Shown one piece after another: positions 24,501 to 38,376 of a DNA stretch of 64,000 nucleotides (positions are counted from its first letter, which is position 1; every line of letters starts with the position of its first letter). The DNA comes from Octopus sinensis. Taxonomy: Eukaryota. The stretch is taken from positions 85,932,001-85,996,000 of the forward strand of contig NC_043000.1 of NCBI RefSeq assembly GCF_006345805.1, given 5' to 3'. The notes under the pieces were generated by a model. It was not told where the DNA came from. It searched no databases and worked only from the letters and a program-made list of their open reading frames with translations. Made by a program: the position numbers and the translations under genes.

Positions 24501-26352
24501 CTTTTGCTATTTATTTGTTCCAGAAAAATTGTAGAAAAATGTTCCTGAAGTTTAAAGTTTAATCAGTTTTACCTAATAAGAAGACAGGATTTGGAAGCTC
24601 AATGAAATTTTTTGTGAAAAATTGCACAAATGTGTCCTGATCAAGAGACCTATCTGTCAGGTAAGGCATGGTCTGACATGGAATAAACAAAAATTTATAT
24701 AAGACATTAACAAGTACATATATATATATATACATACACATACCAACACACATGCATCAATGTACATATAGATACATATATGAATTATTTCACAAGAGAA
24801 AAAACCTTTGACTATAACATGTGCTCTCTCTCTCTCTCTCACACATACACACAAACACAAAAGCAAGCATACTTAAAGATTTATAATTCAAAAAGTACAT
24901 GAAATAAACAAACAAAAATGTTTAATTAGTTTAACAGACGAGTTCAGTACCACACCAAACTTTCCAGCTCTTAAAGAAGCCCTTAGACCCTACCTTCTAA
25001 CAAAATTCAAAACACATTAGCACAAGCCACTCAACCATAAAATGCAATTTATAAGAAGAGATTGTTCTAGATTCTTTCATAAATGTCTTTTGATTCAAAT
25101 AAGGCTTCCACAAAATACACAAACAAACAAGACATATCTTTCAAATTCCTTAACTTTGACCAAAACAATATTCCCCCAACATAATCATTCTCCTATAACA
25201 GGAATATTTGCAAACACATACAACACACCCCTATAAAAACTTGAAAAAAACCCCATATAAACATTCATAATTATAATAACAGATTAATTGGTTACATATA
25301 CTGCCCAATAAAAATAAATCGCAAGAATAAAACAACAAAACAAGTTAGAACACATCCATCCATCTTTAACAAATTCAAGGAAAGTAAATGTCAAGTCATC
25401 GAAAATAGCCATTGAAAGGACACAAGAACAACAGTCAAAAAGCAAATGCAAAAAAAGCAAACCACTGGATGGACACAAACAAGAGGCCAACAGCATGCAC
25501 AGAGACATGGACACACACACCGAACCGTCACACACAAACATATAATGAGCATAAATATACCACCAAATTTAGTAGTAACTGTTTCTTTCACAAGAAACAT
25601 TAAGTTTCAGTAACCTGTACACACACACACACACATGCACACATACACACACACAAGTATATGAGCATACCTACTTATATAAATGTGTATAAACATATAT
25701 ATACATATACATACTCATACATACACTCATATGTGTGTGTATGTATATTACACACACAAATACAATGATATAAACCTACATATCTATACATACAAGAGTA
25801 TGTACACACACACACATGCATATGCACATCTATATGCATCTAATATAAACTTACCCCTACCTTTATAAGTACCTCAAATATCTATTTATACACAGAATTG
25901 TAAACATGTACTGTATACACTTTTGAAAATCTGTTGTGAAACCTGTCAAAAATATTCCTATATTTTAAGATATAATTAAATTCTAATTAATTGTAATTTA
26001 TTCTGTGTACATTTGCAACTGCATTTCTTCTATCCCTTCACTTGTTTATTTGGATTTATAACAATTTACACACACACACACACACACACCGTTTGTAGAA
26101 AACATAAATCTGGAGAAGCACACTCTAAGATGTTGAGCAGTGTGCATTTTAATGGTGGAGGCCAGTTTATATGTGTGTGTGTGTGTGTGTATGTGTGTTA
26201 AATAAAATGAGACAATAAAGCCAAGGCAGTGTGAAATTTCTAGGACATTTATAAAGAGAAAGGCAGTTTTACAGCCTTTTCAGGGATATAAAGGATACCC
26301 CATCATTAGAGACGATATGAGAGATTTAAATAGAAGGAAATAGTAGAGTTCA

Positions 26353-26987
26353 ATCATCATCATCATCATCATCGTTTAACGTCTGTTTTCCGCGCTAGCA
26401 CGGGTTGGACGGTTCGACCGGAGTCTGGGAAGCCGGGGCTGCACCAGGCTCCAGTCTGATCTGGCAGTGTTTCTACAGCTGGATGCCCTTCCTAACGCCA
26501 ACCACTCCGCGAGTGTAGTGGGTGCTTTTTACGTGCCACCTGCACAGGTGCCAGGGAGGGGTCTGGCATCGGCCACGATCGGTTGGTGCTTTTAACGTGC
26601 CACCGGCACAGAAGCCAGCCAAGGTGGCGCTGGCATCGGCTATGTTCGGATGGTGCTTTTTATGTGCCACCGACACAGATATCACAACTACTATTTCCAT
26701 TGATATTTGTTTTGATGTTCGTGTACATGCACTTGACTCAACAGGTCTCCTCAAGCACAGCGAGACGTTCCAGGATCCAAGGTACTTTGAATGGGCAGGG
26801 GCTATGCGGAACTGGAGCCGGAAGCGACTCGGGTCTTTGTAGTCACAGCACATCTCCAGAGATCTCGGTCCTTCGCCATTGCCTCAGTGAGGCCCAACGC
26901 TCTGAGGTCATGCTTGACTACCTCATCCCATGTCTTCCTGGGTCTACCTCTCCCTCTGATTCCTTCAACTGTTTGGGAGTGGCACAA
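26353..26987 (-). mobile_element. Young 5'-truncated RTE-clade LINE (ORF C-terminus, 3' UTR, (GAT)n tail)
   Basis: VEGIRGRGRPRKTWDEVVKHDLRALGLTEAMAKDRDLWRCAV is the typical RTE C-terminus; CpGs intact. Confidence 0.92.
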
Positions 26988-27018
26988 TATAAGAAATTAT
27001 TTTGGAAAGGTAGAGATA

Positions 27019-27427
27019 GGCGCAGGAGTGGCTGTGTGGTAAGTAGCTTGCTAACCAACCACATGGTTCCGGGTTCAGTCCCACTCCGCGGAATCTTGGG
27101 CAAGTGTCTTCTGCTATAGCCCCGGGCCGACCAATGCCTTGTGAGTGGATTTGGTAGACGGAAACTGAAAGAAGCCTGTCGTGTATATGTATATATATAT
27201 ATGTATGTGTGTGTGTTTGTGTGTCTGTGTTTGTCCCCCTAGCATTGCTTGACAACTGATGCTGGTGTGTTTATGTCCCCGTTACTTAGCGGTTCGGCAA
27301 AAGAGACCGATAGAATAAGTACTGGGCTTACAAAGAATAAGTCCCGGGGTCGAGTTGCTCGATTAAAGGCGGTGCTCCAGCATGGCCGCAGTCAAATGAC
27401 TGAAACAAGTAAAAGAGTAAAAAGAGT
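27019..27427 (+). mobile_element. SINE family A (OR-like), young full-length copy
   Basis: A-box-like TGGCTGTGTGG, B-box-like GGTTCAGTCCC, CORE-like CTTGGGCAAGTGTCTT, internal (TA)/(TG) tract, AAAAGAGT tail; more than 12 related copies in the window. Confidence 0.9.
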
Positions 27428-27479
27428 ATATAGGAAGTATAAAGGGAAATAGAATAAAAATTAAAATATATGTTAGATG

Positions 27480-28161
27480 TTACAATTGCAGTTCCATTAT
27501 CCAAGGAATGTGTTGTGTAGAATGGGTAAAGAGGTTTCTTGTCCATGGTATGTAAATTCTGATAGGAGTTCATAATTTGTTATTACAAATGGATAGTGTG
27601 CAGATATTAATTCCATGTGCTGTTCATTCAATTGGTGATTTAAGCTACATTTTGATCTGTGGTAATATTTGAAGATACAAAAAACGCAGTGGTTGCATTA
27701 TACTTATTTAGCTATGATTTTATATGTGGAATGCCTCTTTTAGGCATAGCTTACAGGCTGGGCATTGATCCTGGTATAGAGACCCTGAATCTATTATGGA
27801 CCATGATAAGTTATATGGAATATTCCTATTTTTAAGATGATGTATGTGACTGGCAAGGGTTGTGGATTTACTGTGTTTCTCATATCTAAAAGAATTGAGA
27901 TGTGCAGCATATCTCTGTTTAAAATTTATAGTTGACCCTATATATATGGTTGCAGAATTGTGTAGTGTGTTGAGGACAGGGCATTTGTAAATTACGTTAG
28001 ACCTTCTGCAACGGATTTGTAGAGAGCAAATAATTATAGGGTGGTTGTCACATGGTAGTGCATTCTGGGGATTGTTCTGAGGATTATTCTAGGGAGAGGT
28101 TAGAGATGGGGGTAGACTGATTTATGTTATTAACATTATTATTACTATTATTACTATTATT

Positions 28162-28204
<43 letters not shown>

Positions 28205-29572
28205 TTTCTATCGTTGTTATTATTTATCCTATGTGTATTTGTGGTGTAAGTTTGGATACTAGTATTCTGGTTAGTGTTAGTAAGATTGGTTGGGTTTTGG
28301 TTATGGTCTAAAGTATTGGGTTCGATATTGGAGCTAGTATGTGTTGGGTGCTCGTGTATTCAGAGTTGTTTTGGTGTATATCTTGATAATAGAGAGAAAG
28401 TCTGCATCTATTAGAGGCTGTTAAGATAGACTCAAAGTTGGGCAGGGAAGAGTAGGGTAGCTTTAAAGCAGATCTATTAAAGATAAAGTAATATTTATGT
28501 TGATGAGGGAAGTTGGAGTCAAATATATTAAAAAAGGATTAGGCTAAGTTCTTAACATTTACTGAGAAGGGAGGTGTATACCATAGAATAGAGTGTCCAC
28601 CACTTTTTTAGTTGTAGTATAATCTATATTTTTAGAAATTAGAGGAGTTTATATGGCCCATTATTGTTAGCTGTTTTAGCTTTTGACCTAGTGTTATTTG
28701 TGTGTGTGTGTGGGGGGTCTAAGCTGTTTTAATCTGTGTTCTCCCAGGGTTCTAGTGTAGTGCACATATAGTCTGTTATGATTATGATAGTTAGCATGTT
28801 GTGATATGACTTGAGATATATGTAGCTTGAGCCTAGCATTAGTGATGTATTTTATTTGTTGAGAGATGCCACTGGCAGTGAGCCCCTAGTAGTAATATGG
28901 AGTGTGGTTATTGAATATTTCTTCAGTGGATGAGAGATCAGATATATGAATTGAAATACTGTCAACTATATTATTGAAGGCGAATTTGTGATGATTAGAA
29001 TTAATGTTTAAGTACTTAAGGTACTGGTTGGGTTTATGATATAGGGAGTGTTGGGAGGTTTCTAAGTTTACAGTAACATCTAAAAAATTAGCAGTTTTAT
29101 GGGAATTTTCAAAAGTATTGGATAGGTTGAGGTTAGAGAAGAATTTGTGTAAATCTTTCCTAATTCATTCTAAAGAGGATTTATTAACGACCTTGGTGAC
29201 TAGCAAAGTGTCATCTCTGTATAGACCTCCCTTGATATAAAGGAAGTGTGTTTGGAGCTGATGGAGGAAGTGTAGTCCAATGAGGTATGTGACTCGGGCA
29301 GAGTCAGATGGTCCCATAGTATTGTCAAAGAATTTGGCATAGTTATTGTTAGTGTTATAGTGGTTGGTCCAGCACCAGAGTTTATCCTTGAAAGAGATGA
29401 GAATTTTTTGGGCATTAAAAATTATGTTAATTTCTGGTGGGGTTAGGTTAGTTAGATTCCTGGCTAGAAGGAAGGCTTGATTTAGAAATTTGGGGAAAAT
29501 AGATGAATAGTAGTTATTTATATTGAATTGTAGGAATTGTTGTCTCATTTTATTTAACATATACATGCTCAC
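27480..29572 (-). mobile_element. Decayed Penelope-like element (RT plus GIY-YIG endonuclease), Naiad-like
   Basis: RT: FDNTMGPSDSARVTYLIGL...GGLYRDDTL; EN: CSLQIRCRRSNVIYKC...IYIGSTINFKQRYAAHLNSF...CKLCLKEAFHI; stops, frameshifts and an internal (ATT)n. Confidence 0.85.
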
Positions 29573-30619
29573 ACATGACCCATGTTAAATTCATCATTCA
29601 TACTATTATTGAACAGGGAGTCTAACAGTGGTCTTTCTATAACACTTACATAGCCTTACTTGCCTTTTGGGTCTTCTGGATACCAAAACCTCTAATATAT
29701 ATCTAATACAATAAACGCAAAAACTAATTTGTGTGTCACTGAGTCACGCTTCAACCCCCTCTCTCACTATTCATTGATACTCGTACTATTGCTCATGTTG
29801 GAGTGAGAGTAATAGTAGGTGGTAGATTGATGGTTGTGATGGTAATGGGGTGATAGTAATAGTATGAGCTGTTGTTCTGATAGGGGAGAAGGCGACAGTG
29901 ATGATGGTGGTGGTGGTGGTGGTGGCTGAAACAGTCAGGGACAATGGTGATAGTAAGTGATGTAAAAGACTGTGGTGGAGGGGAAGGCAGTAAAGTCAGA
30001 GGTATTGATAGTGGTGGCATGAGAAGTCTGAATGGTGTGTATGGCAGTTGTGGTAGCGAGGGTGGTCATACTTGTGATGGTGATGGTTGAAAAGAATCAA
30101 CAGAAAGAGAGAGACAGAAAGAAAGAGGTTAGAAAATAATTGTATTGACCCCTAAATGGGAAGACAAAAAATGCTGTTTATCATGCAGCTTTGCAATAGA
30201 TTCCAAGTTGACAAATTATGTCATTATTTGGATGAAAATTGTTCATTGCTTGAAAAATATTGGTCAAGTTTAATAAAACTTAATATGTACTCTGCATGAA
30301 GTGTTATTGTTAGGTCCAAGGCCCAATGAAGAGCTTCCACAGGAGCTAGCTTAAAAGCCACCTGATAGGGCAGTTTTTAAGCTAGTATATATATATATAT
30401 ATATACACACTCACATACACATACACACATGCATGCATACATATATACACATGCACACACACATGCACACACACACACACACAGATGTCTGTGTATGTGT
30501 GTCTCTGTTTGTTCCCCCACTTCTTGATAACTAGTGTTGGTTTGTTTACAACCCCATAACTTAGTTGTTTGATAAAAACGACTGGTAGGATAAGTGCCAG
30601 ACTTAAAAAAAGAAGTACT

Positions 30620-30770
30620 GGAAGCTCAACTGGTACTATTTTATTGATCCCAAAAGGATGAAAGCAAAGCTGACTTTAGCAGGAATTGAGCTCAACACAT
30701 GAGGTGTCTAAAGAAAACCTGCTAAGCATTTTGTCAGACATGCTAACAATTATACCAGCTCACCACCTTA
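30620..30770 (-). mobile_element. SINE family D (Meta/MESC-like domain) next to (AAT)n
   Basis: ATTGATCCCAAAAGGATGAAAGCAAAG block shared with the 38605-40991 copies. Confidence 0.7.
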
Positions 30771-30785
30771 ATAATAATAATAATG

Positions 30786-30820
<35 letters not shown>

Positions 30821-33800
30821 TATAATAATTTATTTTATTGGCTGCAATGGCCCAGAACAATGAGGACAATATCAAAGAATGAAATACAGTACACAAAAGG
30901 TGAAGTTTAGATGATGAAAAAGAAATCAACAGCAAGAAGGATATAACAAAAGATATAAAAATTGAATCCAGAAAAATAAATGAATTAATAAATTTCTCAA
31001 TAGTGGGACAGTCCATCTAGGGTAATCTAGAATAAACCCTATACATAAATACCCTTATTACTCTGCTGTCTCTAAAGCATTGAAAGAACAAAGTTCTATG
31101 TATAATATATGTTGATTCTCTGATGTAGTGACCAAATAACCAGTGTATATAACTATGGGAAAAAGTTTCCAGAACCTTCAAATTACAAATTAGCATGAAA
31201 TTAGCATAACTTTTCTTTAATGTTTGCCACCCTTAGTTGAGACACGTCAGCCAATGCTGATTGACTAGTAAACATTCATGTGGATTTTCTGCTTGGTTAT
31301 AGGAGTTGGCTGTGGCTCAGAGCTGGAAATTGAAGTGAGCTACTTCAAATCTGATCAGAGCCTCACTACAAATCTATTATTGATATCCCAGAAAAAAAAA
31401 CAAAAAACATAACATTATTATAGTGATTTAAATTCTTCATTAGAAATCATTTAGCTTGGACAATCATCATCATCATCATCATCATCATCGTTTAACGTCC
31501 GTTCTCCATGCTAGCATGGGTTGGACTACAATAGATTTAACATTTAGTTCCCATGGTACACATATTTAAGTTTTAAAAGTGAAAATCTGAGGTAAAAAGA
31601 GCTTGAACATGGGCACAATTTAATTATTAAATACAAAAATAAAAGAGGAATTAATAAACACAATAACATCATTACTGCCCATTTTTATTTTTAAATAGCA
31701 CTCAAGCACCATCCTTCAGTACTTAACTCTCAAATTAAAATTAAAATGATAAAATAATGACAATTTACCCATCACATCCTGTAAACACACACATAAAGAC
31801 ACACACAGATATGTATGCTTGCATGTATGTATACATGCATATGTGTATATGTTTATGTTTGGGTCTGTGCCTGTGCTTATATTTGTTTATGTCTCTATAA
31901 CTTAGTAATTCAACAAGCAGATATCAATAAAATAAATACCAACTAAAACATAAGTTTCAGAGTTAATATGATTATTTAAATCATTCAATTAGTTGCCCCC
32001 CTCCCATGGCCACAGAGCAATGACTGAAACCAGTAATAAAACAATACAGTAATATTCCCACTTCACAAAAAAAGGAACCTCTGATTACCACAGGTGTTTT
32101 TAAAAAATCAATTTGAATCACAAGCATCTAGAGTAACAAATTCCACAGGTACAAAGATACAAAATAAATCTGTGTACATGTTTTTATATATATTTCTGGT
32201 CACACATGTGTACACATGTAGACATTAAACGATCAAGTGAGTAAGATATTGGTCAACAAATACAGTGTAAAAAACTCATCTTAGCCTTTTAAAAAACACC
32301 TAGGAACTGCATTGTAATGGAACTCTAGTGATCAGGTTGTAAATAGTGTGATGAAAATTTTAACACCAAATAATAAATAATCAAGTGAAGTTAACAATTT
32401 CTGTGTGTTTTTGAACAGAAAATGTGTCTTACATGTGTTAATTGTTTTAATTCCAACACAGTTTTAGATCAAATCACTTGCAGAGAAGTACAACTCCGAA
32501 GACAATAGTTGTCCCTCAGCTTAAATTTTCTGCTGATTATTTGTCATGTTTTGGTACCAAACACCCTACTTCATGTTGCTACAGTTTATCTGGATAGTAA
32601 AAATATTAAGTTCTGAATTCAAATAATCACCCCACTCCCTTCTTCTATCAGGTTAAATTTGTTTTTTTTCCCCTTATTGAATACCGGTTAATTACTATCA
32701 GAAATACCAATCACCTACTGGGGTTGATTTAGTTATCAGTAACCATCAAAACCTCAAAATGATGCCCTATTTATAAGTAGAGTTAATTTTGACCACAAGC
32801 TTAAGATACAATCCAGCCCTTGAATACTTTTAGCAGACTCCACTCGGTTGTAAACATTTTGGATTAGGTTTTTGGTCTGAAATAACCTCCTTCTTTCCTC
32901 CAAAAAGCCTTAGAAATCCCTTTGACTAAGCCTTTTACAAAAATGGAAGCTAATCTAAGAATGTTATCTCTTATAGATAGACTGGTATTGAATCCAGCAA
33001 GACATCTCCGCCAGTTCATTCCACATAACTTGAGCTATGCATCACCTCTCAAAGCATCCTTTGGTCTTAGGAGACATTTAAATTTACATTACACACACAT
33101 ATACAGACACACACATATGAACATATAATATTGTTAGGGAACATAACATTAAAATACAAATTTTAAAATTTCCTGTATTTTATAATAATTTTCTCTTAAA
33201 AAGATGATGATAATGATGATGATGACGATGATGACAATGATGATGGTAGTAATAACAACAACAACAATAAAAAAAAATTTCAGAGCCAAGTCTGTAGAAT
33301 TATCATTTGTGCAAAAGTGATATTAAAAAAATATTCACGTACAGATGTCATCATCATAATATACATGTGTCAAAAATCAATGGGAACACTAATACATATA
33401 TGCTAATATTTTCTATTATCTTTATTTTATGTTCCATTCACTGCATACAAAATTACTTGCCGATATGCTGCATCTTGGCTGATAAATAAGCTGTAAAAAT
33501 GTTGTAGGACATTTTCTCTGCAAGCAGTTGGCAAAAATCAATATTTAGTTGCCTTACTATTATTTTAATCGCTTCTGTTATTTTAGGCATGCTTTGAATA
33601 AATCTTTATAAACAGCTTCCCATTAAAACTCACCATTTTGCCAGCATCATATTTAAATTATTTTCCAGAGATGGTTTCTTGTATCTTGAGAGCATGCTGA
33701 CACCTCTTCACCACCATTGTCTTCCTTCCAGCTACTCCTACCCATCCTTATATAATGCAGGGTAGTCTTATATCTTTTCTATAACAAGACATATGTGTCT

Positions 33801-33914
33801 GTCCTTCTATCATAGTTTAGCCTCTCAACACTTGGTATAAAACCACCTCCCTCTCTACTATAACCTCACCCGATTGAGGGGTCTTCTTTGCCTTGTGAAT
33901 TAACTGGAAACCTA

Positions 33915-34108
33915 AACTGGTGCTGGTACCATGGAAAAAGCACTGAGTGCACACTGTAAAGTGGTTTGCATTAGGAAGGGTAATGAGCTGTAGAAACCAT
34001 GTCAAAGCAGACATTGGAGTTTTATGCAGTCCTCTGGCTCAATGGATCCTGTCAAACTGTCTAACCCATGCAAGAATGGAAGTCAGACATTAAATGATGA
34101 TGATGGTG
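33915..34108 (+). mobile_element. RTE-type LINE 3' UTR fragment
   Basis: Family motifs; ends GACATTAAATGATGATGATG. Confidence 0.7.
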
Positions 34109-34978
34109 GTTCTTGGCATTTAATTCATTATTTAATTAAAATCTGTAGATTTTGGATTTAATGAATGAAATTATAAATAAACAAAATAAATTTCTTAGAA
34201 TTTGGTGTGGTACAGATAGCAGTTGAAGGATTAAAGGACTTGTGAAATATTGAAACCACTAATCCTGACCAGATAAGATTGGATTTCTACCCCAACATTT
34301 TTGGGGGCAGTTGTGCAATAACTTAACTGATAGTTAAATATGAAGCAGTTCAGTCATGAATCACTATAAAAAACTGATTAGGTCTGTTCATTAATGAATT
34401 TCATTTCGGAGATAGAATAACTATATATTCTTTTAGAGAATATATCTTTTCAGAAAGCCTGGTAAAAGTAACTAACATTAGATACATTTATTATAAAGAA
34501 TATAAACAAACAGCTGTCTATTTATGAAGTTTGCTTCTCAGCCACATGGTTTTCAATTCAGTCCCACTGCATAACATCTTGAGCAAATATCTTCTACTAT
34601 AGCCTTAGGTTGACCAAAGCCTTGTGAATGGATTTGGTGGACAGAACCTGAAAGAAGACTTTTGACCCTAGAGTCACTTTTGTAACATTCTGTCATAAAA
34701 CAGAGATGAGTGGGTGTGTGTTATGCACAAGAGTTAAGATGGAGAAGATACTTAGCCATACTCCTCACAGGCAAGAAATAGCAATGTATATTCTTCAGGT
34801 GAATAAAAGTGATGTTGGGGGCAAGATAGGAATATTGTTGGGTCAGAAATGATTATATTTTAACCTTACTAGGAAATGGACCAGATGGGCCATTGTAAAT
34901 ACCAACATTGTATAGTTAGGAAGCAAATGCCTGAGCCACACAACCATATCTGTGTCCATAGCCACACCTGCACCATAT

Positions 34979-35012
<34 letters not shown>

Positions 35013-35017
35013 AATAC

Positions 35018-35092
35018 TTTCCTACTGACGAGAGCTTCGCCAAGTAAATTATTTTATTTGCTGAAGATAACTTGAAACCATGGTGTAGGAAA
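35018..35092 (+). ncRNA. Type I hammerhead-ribozyme-like fold (degenerate)
   Basis: TTTCCTA-CTGACGA-stem II-GAAA-CCATGGT-G-TAGGAAA: stem I pairs, both core boxes present, palindromic stem III; cleavage triplet is GUG. Confidence 0.6.
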
Positions 35093-36219
35093 CAGAAGGT
35101 AAATGTCTTTATTTTTCATTCCCTTTCAAAATTACTCCTAATAGTGGTTTAGAGTTTAACTACTCCTTCTAGTGGATCAGATGTCCTGTTATGGCCATCT
35201 CTTATGTATTTAAATGTACAGTGTATTTTTATATGAATAATATATAGTCTATTGACTAGTTTTTTTCTTCTAGCTAGACCATTGGTAGCAAAGAAATTTT
35301 CTTAATTTTTTTGCTACTCTGGAATTTATTAATAATATATATATATATTTAATGCAGAATATATGGATTTAACTCATCATGTGGTACACACCACATTGTA
35401 AACCAATACAGAGAGGTGTAATTTATAGTCCTATGCAGTTGAAATCCTATAAATCCAGTTAGTAATGATTATTTCATTAGGAGTATAACACACACACACA
35501 CACACACATATATATATGCATGTATGTATATATATATATGTGTGTATATATCTAATATAAATATATGTGTATATATATATATGTATGCATAAGCACACAT
35601 ACACACACACACACACACACACAAATGTGCATGTGCACACATGTACACATTCACACTTACATATATACAGATACACATTTATATATACACACTAGTAACA
35701 CTGATTCTTATTGGTCAATGTAAGTACAAGGACAAAGATGTTGCTGGGCCTGCTAAATTATATTGGTGACTACCTGAGAAGGGCAGATTTTCTATCCTGC
35801 TCATTTTCAGGAATTTTAATCTGTGGTATTTGGCTTGCGATGTGAGTTCACTGAATATTCTCCCAACAGAATATCTGCTTATGAAACCATCTAGATCACA
35901 TCTTGGACCTTCTGTTCATGGGTGTTGTGAGCTATGCAATGCTGTATATAGTGTTTCAGTTTAAAATGTATAATACACCAATGTTCTTGGAGTTTGTTGA
36001 AGCTGTTATATTTAAGGTTAAAAAAAATTCAATATCTAACTTAAGTCTCCTTCAGTTGGGCTTTGGTTCAACTTTACTCATTACAGTGGGTTGAGATAAT
36101 TCTCAGTCATTTGATGTGTAATTCTGAAATCTTATAGTATCCCCCACATGCATGTGAACAAACATGCATACATACACATATATAATTATATATGGCCATA
36201 TAACACATACATAGGTTCT

Positions 36220-36790
36220 ACTTCCCAATGCACTATGGCATTGTCACTAATACAATATGCAAATGCCATCCAATAAAATGACTGTCCTGTGATAAATATA
36301 GAAAACCATCCTTTACTGACTACATAAATAACCATCAACACAAGGAATACAGGTGAACATTCCCATCAAGAGGTCAGATATAGTTATTTGGGACAAATAA
36401 AAAAAAGTATGTATATCATAGAAATCAGCTTGCCCTGCTGATATTAACATGTCTTCAAAAATCAAAGAGAAAAAGGTTAACTACAGACGATTTCTTCAAA
36501 ACTATCAGCCTCTATACCCAGATTATAAATTCACATTTATATCAGTAATAATTGATACACTTTACTTAGTTAATAAATGTCTAAGTGGTAATTTGGAAAA
36601 GCTAATGTTTTCAGAAAAAGAAGTCAATCAGTTAACCATTACAGCTACAATCTGTAAGTGGAACAGTAAAAATATGTAAGACTTTCTTGAAGTTCAATGT
36701 ATAACAATTACCATTGCTCCTGTGATAGAGCTTTTATTTCTTTGTTAGGAAACCAGCACCCTCATTCTAGAAAGAATATTAATAAGTAAA
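36220..36790 (+). mobile_element. Decayed RLE-type non-LTR retrotransposon, 3' end
   Basis: RSDIVIWDK...CPADINMSSKIKEKKVNY...LYPDYKFTFISVII resembles the PD-(D/E)xK restriction-like endonuclease. Confidence 0.6.
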
Positions 36791-36844
36791 TACATACTCA
36801 AACACATTATCTCTCTCCTTATCTCTCTCTTTCTGTGTGTGTGT

Positions 36845-36877
<33 letters not shown>

Positions 36878-37004
36878 CTATCAAGACAAGGAACTAAATT
36901 TCCTTAAAGGATGCAAGCATCCTAGTTCTCCAGTTTATACCAGCATTCAGTGAAAACCAAGTATATTAGTTTATCATTGAAGCATATAGGTATTTAAAAA
37001 ACTT

Positions 37005-37548
37005 TATGAATGAGAAAATGAACAAAAGCGATAAAACTGACTTGCAGATATTAATTATTTAAAGACATTCAAATTCATACAGAGAAATTCCTGCCTACAG
37101 CTGTTTCCATATTCAATGAATTCAATTACAGAAATAAAATTTAATTCAAATTCTCATCCTCGAAACCAGTCAATTGGGTATTTCGACAGGGACCATTTCA
37201 AAAGGAAGTCACATTTCAATGTGTTACATTTCTGAAATAATTGTTGTGTAAACCCATTGAAAGTAAGGCATTCATGCTTTCATAAATATTATAGAAAGGT
37301 ATTAATTTTCTGTTATAAATTGCAAAAGTACTCTTTAAAGCCTTCATAGTGGGTCTTGAGAGTTCTTCAGATTTCAAGAAATACCCAATTGACTGGTTTC
37401 CAATATGGGAATTTGAATTAAATCTTATTTCTGCAATTGAATTCATTGTGCATGGAAACAGCTGTAGGCAGGAATTTCTCTGTATGAATTAGAATGTCTT
37501 TAAATAATTAACATCTATAAGTCAGTGTTATTCATTTTCTCATTCATA
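37005..37548. repeat. Inverted repeat, ~175-bp arms (37005-37184 and 37378-37548)
   Basis: CATACAGAGAAATTCCTGCCTACAGCTGTTTCCAT and its exact reverse complement within longer diverged arms. Confidence 0.9.
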
Positions 37549-37549
37549 T

Positions 37550-37735
37550 GTAGCCGTATTTCGTCTGTCGTTACGTTCTGTTCAAATTCTGCCGAGGTCA
37601 ACTTCGCCTTTCATCCTTTCGGGGTCGATAAATTAAGTACCAGTTATGCACTGGGGTCGATGTAATTGATGTAACCCCTTTGTCTGTCCTTGTTTGTCCC
37701 CTCTGTGTTTAGCCATTTGTGGGTAGTAAAGAAAT
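37550..37735 (+). mobile_element. SINE family D, young partial copy
   Basis: GTTCAAATTCTGCCGAGGTCAACTTCGCCTTTCATCCTTTCGGGGTCGATAAATTAAGTACCAG; CpGs intact. Confidence 0.8.
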
Positions 37736-38299
37736 ATATATTTATATATATTTCCAGCTTCTCCATGCAAGCATAGAAAAGAAGACATTAAAATGGTGAT
37801 GATAATGATAATTATGATGATGGTGATGGTAATTATGATTATATACATATATATTTTTACATTTTAGAACCAAATAGAGATTTCAGAAGCAAACATGTCA
37901 CAGTCTGGAGGAAATGTCTTAATATAATTTAATATTCTTTATTTTAACTTGTTAAAGCAAAGATTTTAATTGGATCTTTTCTTAAGTGTTAGTTTATGAG
38001 ATATATTCCTTAAAAAATAATTATTATATCTTTTGAAGTTATCATTTAGTATAAATATTCTGAACATACATTTAATTTGATAAAAGTCATTAATTTAACA
38101 CAGTTGAAATAGTTGAAAATATTTCCTCACTTTCTTCCTCCTTCCCTAGTGAATTTGAAATTATTTTGATACTAATACAAAATTTTATAGATATAAACAT
38201 AATTAAACTTCATATAAATTTTATTTAACAGATTTTTGTTTGTTTATCTTAAAAATTCATGTGGTTATTTCAACTTTAAACATGAAGCAGGTTTCTCAA

Positions 38300-38376
38300 T
38301 TTACACAACAATTATTTCAGAAATGTAAACAGTTCTTGAGAAGCTGTTTACATTTCTGAAATGATTGTTGTGTAAA
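38300..38376. repeat. Near-perfect 77-bp hairpin
   Basis: TTTACACAACAATTATTTCAGAAATGTAAACAG...CTGTTTACATTTCTGAAATGATTGTTGTGTAAA. Confidence 0.9.

Noticed and set aside
27019-27090. tRNA gene
   Set aside because: A/B-box-like motifs belong to a SINE head; no full cloverleaf, and it continues into the SINE body
32790-33075. Moderately GC-rich unique stretch with 50-68 aa ORFs on both strands
   Set aside because: No recognisable motif and no convincing splice-site pair
35760-36130. Coding-like minus-strand stretch between ttcag and a GT
   Set aside because: Stops in all three frames across the interval
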